Assembly: GCA_013239625.1 (NCBI GenBank)
Contig: MU053933.1
Location: 1,366,001 to 1,430,000 of the forward strand
Direction: 5' to 3'
Length of the DNA stretch: 64,000 bases
From: Lama guanicoe
Lineage: Eukaryota
The stretch's first letter is position 1; the number at the start of each line of letters is the position of its first letter. The notes below the pieces were generated by a model that had not been told where the DNA came from, ran no database searches, and saw nothing but the letters and a program-made list of their open reading frames with translations. A program made the position numbers and the translations under genes. Shown here piece after piece: positions 55,171 through 64,000 of this stretch.

Positions 55171-57970
55171 CCAGATAAATGCTCCCGAGCAGACTGGTGT
55201 TTTCTTATAAAGCACTTTGTCTTTCCTGAATATAAAAATCAATAGAAAATATAAAAATACTTAAAGATGAAACCAAGCGGCACTGACAGTTTGACGCTTT
55301 CCTCCTAGTCTTATAAGTAGTGTTGAGACCTTTCGGTGTGTGACGTGCATTCATTCTGCCTTGGCCACACGCCCTGTAAAGGAAGCATCCTGCCAGGACA
55401 TTAACCCGTCATCAGAATCCTGCCCGGAATCCCGCGATGAAAGTGGCTGTGCATCCTGTGTTTAACCCCTCGTCGTCCTCCTCCCCGTGCTGACAGCCTG
55501 GCCCCTCTGACCAGCCTTTCCTCCCATGTCCTCTGGGAGACCTTGCCTGGGGATGATGTGGCCGTGACAGGCACCCAGGGTCAAGGTGGGACGCCCGGCC
55601 CAGCCTGCTCAGGACGGCACAGCCCCAGGGAGGAGGTGGGCCCTGGAAGCCAAGAGTGGAATCTCAGAAGCCCAGGGGCTCCCAGGCAGCCTGGGGACCT
55701 GCAGGCTCAGGCCAGCTCAGCAGGGTTTGGGGGCCTTGGAGGACGGGGAGTCCTCGTCCCCCAGTTGCCAAGGTGACACAGAAGCCTCTGACTGCCTGGG
55801 GGGACCCTCACTTGGCTCCCTCTGTGCTCAGCGTCCAGCTTTTCCGGTGCAGCTTGCAAAGGTGTTTTCATTCTTTCTGACCTAGTTTCTGTGGGTTTTG
55901 GTATTGTTGTGTTGTTTGTTTAGAAAGAAAACACACCAGCTTACGTCACAAAGAGGCAGAGACGTCATTGGCACCAACTAATACAAATGACCATAAACTC
56001 ACCCCCAGGCCGAGCGCCCGCCATGACACCTGGCAGGTGCAGTGTGGCTACTGACAAGCCGAGGGCACGCGGAGGACGTGGACACAGTGGGACGAGGCCC
56101 CGTGGCATTAGCACACCTCTGTCAAGCCCAGATCCCCACGGCGGTTCCTGCTAAACCAGAGAGAACAGAAGTCTGGTGGGAAAATCACACTTGCTGTGTA
56201 TGACACAGCTCGGTCCAAAACCACTTGGAACAGGCGAGAGATTTAAGCTGGTCAGAACCTCTCAGGGTGCCCGGACCAGGAAGAAGGTCCAGCCAACCCA
56301 GCCCAGGGTCAGGAATCTCTGGGTCACCTCAAGGCCAGGAAGGAGGTTTCCAGAACCTTCTCTTCACAAATAAACCACAGACCAGAAATCAGCAGGCACC
56401 ACCAAAGTGGAACCACTGAAATCTCAGATCCCCAGACCAGCTGGGTTTGCTTCTGTTTTCTCAGAGCAGCTGCGCAGGTGCGTGAGGATGCCGTGCGCCA
56501 CCTTCTGAGTCACTAGCCACCTGGACACTGTCAGCCCACTTCAGCGCTGGTTCCCACTAGACAAAGGATGGACTCCCGGGCTCTCTCAGGGAAGGCCCAC
56601 CCTCCGCCCATGCCTGCAAACAGATGCAAGATCCTGGGCTGACTTGGGAACACTAGTTGAAAGGCCCCCTTGCCTCACGGCCCCGGGGCCCTCGGAGCAG
56701 ACTCCAGGACTGGGGGCCAGTCGGGGTCACGGCGTCAGGGCAGTGGGCCAGCTGGGCTTCGTGGACTCTGACGCCCGCTGGCGCCCAGCTCCCACTGTCC
56801 CCCTGCGCAACCCAGGTGGCAGCAGCCCGCCAGGGCCTCGGTCTCTTTACCCATGGTGTGTGGTCCCTGCACCCTCAGCTGGCTGGGAGGAGTGCACCAG
56901 GGGGCTCTTGAGAAACCCCCAGTGCCAAGAAGGCTCACACACAGAGACGCCATCGAGGGGCCGTCAGGGAGAGGAGGGTGAGGAAGAGACAAGCGTGGGT
57001 CTGGGAGAGGTTGTCCCAGAAGGTTCAGCCGAGCAGGCCAGAGACACAGGGCTGTCACGCAGCTGGGCTGGGGGCGAGCGGAGCACGAGCATGAACGGAA
57101 GTGTGCGCGTTGAGGCATCTGGCTTGCCCCCGGAGCCAAATTCAGCCTGACAACGCCTGCCCCCCGCCTCCTCGCCCCAGGAGCGCCCTCCTCCGGGTCC
57201 TGATGCTGGGCCACGTGCCGTCCTGTGAGGCAGGTGTCTCTGCACAGGGACTGGCTGTCACATTGCCCTCCTCCCCACGCAGTCCCCTCCAGCCTGCCCT
57301 GTGGCTGCCCTGGGGTCCGGACCCCAGGGCCCGTGCGAGGGTGCTGCTCCTCCGGGCACGAGCCAGCGTCTTCCCCGAGTGGTACCCAGGGATGGACCTC
57401 CAGCATCCTCCAGGCATGGGCGCAATTGAAACAAGTCCTTTCTGGGTCAGATGATCTCCACCATCTGCTCCTAAAGCCAGATGAAAGAAGGAGAGAATGG
57501 GAGAGTGAGGAGACATTCAGGCCCCAGAAACAGAAGTCCCCTTTTGGGGGTTCACACAGGCTGCAGAACGGGGGCTCCACAGCTCTCAAGACGTCCTTCT
57601 CTCAGTCACTGGAGGGAGGTGCCGGCTGCCCCGTGGCCCATAGACTAAAGCGTGGGTGGCCAGACTGGGCCATTCAGACCAACAGAGCTCACCTTGCAGG
57701 GAGGGGCCGTGCCGCGCTCCACCTGTCCAGCGCCAGTCTGAGGATGCCTTCCGGGTCAGGGGCCAACAGGGCCGAGGGTCAGGCTGGAGGTCGGGCTTTG
57801 ACTCAGGTTCACTTGCTCCTATTTAGACGACACCTGTAATGCGTGGTCACGTTCCTGTGCAGCAGCCGAACGGTACAGAGGCCCAAAGCCCTCCCTCCAG
57901 CCTCCCCTCCCTCCCTAGACAGCATGCTCCTCTCGGAGGAGTGCCGGCTCAGACACCTTAGGGCGGACGG

Positions 57971-58026
57971 AGTGTGTGTGGTGTGTCTCTGTGCTGTGTG
58001 TGTGTCTGTGTGTCTGGGTGGGTGTG
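57971..58026 (+). repeat. Imperfect (GT)n microsatellite
   Basis: Directly visible. Confidence 0.85.
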
Positions 58027-58539
58027 GGAGGTACGTGTGCTCACGCTGGGCTCCCTGTCCCCTGTGCTGCCCGGTGGACCTCACGGTGCGACCTGGGAGA
58101 GGCCGCCAACCCCGGCTTTTCTTCCGCCCCCGTCCCGACCTGCGGGTGACCTAGACCAGGTCAGCAGGCTCTGCGTCTGGGGATTCCCCTCTGCGTAATT
58201 GTCTCCCGGCTCAAACATTCACCGATCAGGGAATAAGCAGGGGGAAGAAGAAACGCACCAGTGGGGGAGGAGCGGGGGCTGGTCCCCAGACCCCCCAGGG
58301 TTGCAGCGATCAGAGCCCAGGGTGGCCAGGCACCAGGTTCTCACCTGGAAGCACCAGCTCGCTGGGGCTTTGCTACCAAATCTAAGCGGCTCTGTTTCTT
58401 GAAACGTGCGCGAGTTTCCTGACCTCTGTCGGGTGCTGTTATCTCGTGTTGGGTTTCCAAAGAACGTTTCTTCTATATTAATTTCAACTGAAGGTGCACA
58501 TTGAGTGATCTGGAATTTGAAAACATTTTTTGGATAAAA

Positions 58540-59650
58540 TTGAATAGATGACTATTATAAGAAGTACACATGAGAATAAGACTAAAGGAAGTAATAAACA
58601 CTAAAGTTAAAGTCACCCGTATTCCTACCACCCAGAAGTCACCACTATTAGTATTCTGGTGTATTTTCTTCTAGTTAGATGAACATATGTTGTAGATCTT
58701 TTAAAAACAAGTTTGGATTATACCCTACATGAGCAATTTTATATCCTGTTCTTTTTTTATAGAGAATTTCCTTGGATCATGTATTATTTAAAGACGTATT
58801 TTAACATCTAATATTCCTTTATATCTAGTATTTATTTGATATTTCCATTTATCTAACATTTCTCCTATTTTCAGACACATTGTTTTTACATACTATTATA
58901 AACAACGTTCGTGTGAGCCTCTTCTCCAAATTTGTTACTTCCTATATGAAATGTTTCCTCAGGATCAAGCCTTAAAAACAGAATGACCAAGTTAAAGAAG
59001 ATAGATCCTCTCAAAGGCTTGGGTACACGTTGTCCAGCCACTGGGACTCCCCTGACTTCGAACCTTCCCAACATGCAAGAATTTTTGTTTAAAAAGCAGT
59101 TTGCTCATTCCGAAGCGAAACAGTATCCGCATCAGCGTCCTAGCGCCGCTGTGAGAACGTCTCACGATCTGCGTGGCTTCAGACAACAGCAAGTTCTGGG
59201 GGCCAGAAGGCTGAGATCACGCTGCGGGCAGGGCCGGGCTCCCTCCTGAGGCTTCGGGGAGGGCCTGCCTGCCCCTCCCAGCTGCTGTCCATCCCTCAGC
59301 GCTTGTCAGCCCTGGGCCTGGAGACCCACCGCTCCCATCGGGCCTCCGCCGTCATGTGACCACCTTTCCCCGGGACTCTCTTCCTACAAGGACACCAATC
59401 ACATTGCACCAGGGGCCCAGCTCCTCTAGCTGGCCTCACCTCAACTAATTACACCCGCGACGGCCCCGTTTCCAAATAAGGTCGCAGTCTTGGGTGATGA
59501 GGATGAGGCCTCGAGCATACCTCCTGAGGGGCGCACATTCAACCCACAACCGTGCGCATTCACTTTAATGTCTCGTTCTTGAATGTCCTCATTCGGAATG
59601 ATTCTGTTTTCATGTTTACTGGCCATTCGTATTTCTTCTATTTTCTGTTG
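58540..59650 (-). mobile_element. Very old L1ME 3' end, split by an MLT1 insertion
   Basis: AT-rich; aaagtcacccgtattcctaccacccaga...accactattagtattctggtgtattttcttctag; resumes at ~59555 (tttcatgtttactggccattcgtatttctt). Confidence 0.65.
59135..59552 (-). mobile_element. MaLR solo LTR (MLT1B/C-like) nested in L1ME
   Basis: ttcctacaaggacaccaatcacattg, tttccaaataaggtc and acattcaacccacaac. Confidence 0.75.
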
Positions 59651-59674
59651 GGGGTGTCTCGGCCCAGCTTCCGC

Positions 59675-60010
59675 TGGTTGTGAAGGACAGAAGTGCAACT
59701 AACTCAAACTGCTTTAAGCTAAAAGAGACAGCCCGTGGTTGACACGGGGGAAGGGCCCGGGGCGCGCTGGGGCTCCGGCTGGGCTGGGTCCTGCTCCTGG
59801 AATGACGTTTCTCTGTTCTCCTCCGTCTTCTCCCGGCTCCTCAGCTCCGCCGCCCACTGTGCCTTTGTTCTGATGAACCGCTAGCATCTTACCAGTTTAA
59901 CAGCCCCCCAGGAAAGCATGACATTTCCCCCTAGTTCCAGCCAGGGACCCAAGGAGACCTTTCGCTAATCAGGTGCACATCACACGTCCGACCTCTAGAA
60001 GTAAAAGTAG
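59675..60010 (-). mobile_element. Old MaLR LTR fragment (MLT1K/L-like)
   Basis: ggttgtgaaggacagaa...aactcaaactgctttaagctaaaagag terminal motif. Confidence 0.45.
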
Positions 60011-63000
60011 AGGTCAGGCCGTCAAGTCTCGTGGGCTCGGGGCGTTGGGGGTTGGGGACTGCTGGCAGCTGTCACCAGATGGAGGAGACACAGTGTTGGG
60101 GAACACACGGCGGGCTGGTGACGTGGGTTCGTAACGTTTACCAGAAACCAAAAGAAATGTAAGAACAAAGGAAAGGTGTTAATAGCGCACCGCAGCAGGC
60201 AGCGGCGGGCCGCAGAGACGAGAGGTGCTTGTGTGAGCCCCGGCTGCGAACGCGCAGGGTCTTTTGTTGAGGAAGGGGCTGTGCACACAATGGCATGGGG
60301 GAGCAGAGCTTTGACGGGCTGTGAGGGAAGGGGCTTTGGCGTGTGGAGGGCAGTGGGATTTATGGCTCTGATGAGGAGGCGGCCTGAGCTGCAGTGAAGT
60401 TAGTCATTTCCCAAAGCCGGTAGTTTTGCTAAAGCAAACCCCCATTAGGATCTTCTCTTCCGGAGAGGAGCGGGCGAGGCCGAGCGTTAGACTTTGGGAG
60501 GGGGTGTCGCAGGGCCCCAGCAGGCGCTGTCGGCACTGCACACAGGACCCCCTGGGGTGGGCAACATCAAAAGACGCCCCCTGGCAGCGGGAACCTTCTT
60601 GTTTCTCCCGAGAAGTCTTTATATGACGAGGACGTTAGTCCTTTCCCTCTTTCTGACACACTTTTTTTTATGTTGATCTTGGTGGGTTTGTTCCCTGGAG
60701 GCCAGATGCTGCCTTTTGGGTTGTGTCACTGCTGTGGCCCCTGCTCTGTGAAATCACTGTGCAATAATGTCACGTCAGATGTTCTAGTCGGGCCACATTC
60801 TCTGGGCAGATGAGGAAAAGGCCGTGGCTGGTACTTCAGTATGCGAATTGGCATTGGAGAGCTTATCTTCGCTCGTAACAGCGTCACAGGCGAATGCTAC
60901 AGCCAAGCGACTGTCGACTGTCGTGGCACCTAAGGAAAGAAGGACCACGCCCAGAAGAGTGACTGCGGTTGTGCGATAAGACACAAAGGCCGCGGCCCTC
61001 TCTCAGTCTCAAAAGTGTGATAAGGAGTGTGACTTTGAGCTTGTTCACCTGTGATCAGGTTATGGACACAGGCCCCCAGGCCAGGACCCTGATCCTCCCA
61101 AGGGGCTGCGCTGGGCGGGGCCCCAGGTCCAGCTCCGTGGCACCCCCGCCCCGGGAGGGGCCCCGGACTCCAGCCTCGGCCTAGTGCTCCCCTCCCCGGC
61201 CCTGTCTCCCCTCCCTGCTCCTTTCCAAGGGGTAGACCCTAAAGCAGGGCAGGGTGTCCCTGTTAGCACCGCTTTTCCCCCGTCACTGTCGGGGCCCTAG
61301 GTCGTGCTGTTATGTTTAAATCCCAGGCTGGACAGCTGTGGGCCCAGGGAGGACACAGCTGGTGGGAAGGAGTGAACTGGGGCGGGGTCTGCAGCAGGGA
61401 CAGCAGTGAGGGCCGTGGGATGGTCACAGAGGCACTGTACCCCCAGCCCAGGGGAGGCGTCTCTGGAGAGCATGTAGGGTCCCCAAGGGCCACCCCTCAG
61501 TGTGCAGGCCAGGTCTGGCTGCTGGGGCCGAGCCTGTCGCCATCACAGCCCCCTGCCCAGGGCTGACAGAGCAGCACGAGGGAAGCGACTTGGAGGGGCC
61601 GTGGGGGTGGGGGGAGGGGACAGGGCATGCACGACAGGGAAAGGGCCACGTGAGAAGATGGGAGCACCCCCCCAAAAGCAGGCATTGTGTCAGCCAGGGT
61701 CCCCAGAGAACAGACCCAGCAGCTCGGGAGGTGGGCAGGTAGGCAGACAGACAGACCCGCTGTGAGGAACTGGCTTCCCTCCGCAGGCTGGGGACCAGGA
61801 CAGCCGGCGGTGTCATTCAGTATGAGTGTGAAGGCCCAAGAACCAGGAGGGCCATGCTCCGAGTCGCAGTCTGAGTCCGAGGGCAGCGGGTGAGACGCCC
61901 CAGCTCAGCAGTCGGGCAAAGGGCCACAGCCCCCTTTCTCCGTCTCAGGCAGGGGACCTCTGACCAGAGGACTCTGCACAGGTTCTTTCTGTGTCACCCC
62001 TCCCGGGGCTGACAGGCCTTCTCTCCAAGCTCCCAGGGCCTTAGACAGAGGAGTGAGCTTGGCCACAGTCGAAGGCAGCCCAGGGCCAGCTCCCCAGGTG
62101 GGGCAGGGGCCACGGAGCAGGGGCAGGGCCAGGAGAAAGGGGGTCACGTAGAGGCTGGCCGCCACACACACACGTCCCTCTAGGGCTGCTTTGGGGATCA
62201 CCAGTTTCCTGGGGAGCAACACAGGAGAGGGCGGGGCTCAGTGTTGACAGGGAGTGGCTCACCCCTGCCGTGGGGTTTGCCCTGGGACCTGCACCCCAAG
62301 GAGGGAGCGGGTTGAGCGTCACAGAGCAGCAATGCACAGCCCCTGTGTTTGAGACCTGGGGACAATCCTGCCTTCCTGTAATTCTGTGGGATTCAGTACA
62401 TGTGATTTAATTTTCTTCCTTTATAGACTTTTCAGATAACTTCACAAATCAGAAAAATGCTTGCGGTTGTTCATGGTCATTCTAGTCAGTCTCACCCCCA
62501 GCGCACCCTCACGCTCTGTCCCACCCATGCTCACACACACCCCTACACACTCGTTCATGCGCGCACCCCCACCCCCGCACAGCCCCTTGCACAGCCACCT
62601 GGCACGCCCCACGCCCGGACGTCACTTCTTGCTCCCCTTCCCCGCCGTCTCCCAGCCAGTGTGACAGAAGTCCTGCCAGCAAACACTCAGCTGAGCCCTG
62701 TGCAGACACTCCTGTCGCAATTCACACAGGAGGCCGCCTCTCTGGCCTGCAGGGCGTGCTTCCTGCCAGGAAGCCTGAGGGCCTGGGGCCCATCAGGGCA
62801 AGGTCCGCCAACTTACCAGCCATCGGCTGGTTGGCGCGGCCACACAGTCCTCTGGCTGCAGGAAGGGGCTGGGCCTGGCCCCCCGCAGGGTGGGGGTCTT
62901 GACCTTGCGGGTCCAGAAGAGACATCAAGGAGAAAAGCGAGCAGCCCAGGTGTCCAGAGACACCCCCACATCACCCACGGGATGTGAGAGCCCGGGAGGG

Positions 63001-64000
63001 AGGCGCTGGCAGCCTTAGCAGGCAGGCCAAGCCCAGGGAGAGGGTCTGAGGGGTCCCAACTCGAGGTGGGAGGAGAAATGGAGCCAGGGAGAAGGTGGTC
63101 CAGGTGAAAGGAGGGGCCGGCCGGGCCGGGACCCCCTGTCCTGCCCGCCACGACGGTGGGCTCTGAAGGAGTCTGAGAAAGAGCTTCGACCTGACCGACT
63201 CCCTGGACCCAACTGAGTGTCTGCAGCACAAGCAGCAACTCACATAGCAAGCACCAGTTCCCCTTAAATGGACCCTAAAAATCATGGTCGGCCTAGCAGC
63301 CTCCACATAGTGTGTGCCTGCACCTTTCCTGGCACCGAGGGCCACGCGGGAGGCGACGGACTCAGAAGACAGTCTGCGAGAGAACCTGGAGCAAGGGCAG
63401 GGCGTCGGGGACCAGACACCCAGGGCCCTGGAGGCGGCGGCGGCGGCGGGTCCCCCAGCGGACACCCCTCTGTAGGGCACCCCCCAGGGCTGAGGCCCCA
63501 TGGGTCCCAGCTCCTGCGTCTTTCGTCCAGGCTCCAGGCGACGACCACCCGCAGTCAGAGCTGGCGCTGCACCCCACGGCCCGCCATGATCTGTCACTGC
63601 AGCTGCAGGCCAGCCGGTCTGCAAGGGTCGCTGATTTCGTGCTCATTTCACACAGGGATGGGCCCATCTCTGACCTTGTCCCTGTCCTGGAGACACTCAC
63701 CACGCCCTCCCAAATGCCAGCCTTGAACCTGAGTCAGAAAAGTTTGTCCCTGACTCCAGGGTGCTGGCTGGCAGGTGACGGCAGACAATGGGCTGCACCG
63801 TTCAACCCCTGCCTGAAGGTGTTCTCGGGCGTAGACACGCCTGCAACCCCAGGAGCAAAGTCCAGCTTCAGGGCTGGGAGCAGGTGGGTAAACACTGGCT
63901 TCCTCGCCCAGAGGCAGAGCTCAGAGGTGCGCCAGGTGTGCCCGCCACCACTCCCTGCCGGTCTTCCCTCCCGCTCCCACCCGCACCTCCTCACTGGGCT

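Noticed and set aside
55290..55411. Three TGACG/CGTCA half-sites
   Set aside because: Appear to lie in decayed repeat-like sequence; 5-mers alone are uninformative
60784..60984. 66-aa minus ORF with signal-peptide-like N-terminus
   Set aside because: GTG start; the hydrophobic stretch comes from a pyrimidine tract; no other coding support

Overview
Mammalian genomic DNA, most likely camelid (inferred from tRNA-derived Vic-1-like SINEs and a young L1 3' UTR). It is GC-rich and has two N gaps (11989-12384 and 49539-49832). The only supported protein-coding gene is SIK1 (salt-inducible kinase 1) on the minus strand. It has 13 coding exons with canonical GT-AG junctions, CDS 49246->40544 (2355 nt, 784 aa), a ~1.9 kb 3' UTR with two AATAAA signals, and a CpG-island promoter with a CRE cluster. 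The TSS and non-coding exon 1 probably lie in the second gap. The rest is intergenic: one young 5'-truncated L1 with a perfect 15-bp TSD, old L1M, MLT1, L2 and MIR relics, two SINEs and microsatellites. Most ORF-track entries are artefacts of GC richness or repeats. I found no convincing novel gene system. The most interesting signals are: (i) strongly directional AT->GC remodelling of ancient repeats, echoed by GC-ward amino-acid changes in the SIK1 kinase exons, including Y139H; (ii) an AGGT repeat creating a frameshifting tandem splice donor at exon 7; (iii) alternative polyadenylation that would remove a set of miRNA sites; and (iv) candidate CRE, RFX, NF-kB and AP-1/NR5A regulatory clusters. 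Repeat subfamily names and orthologue comparisons are from memory and need database confirmation.
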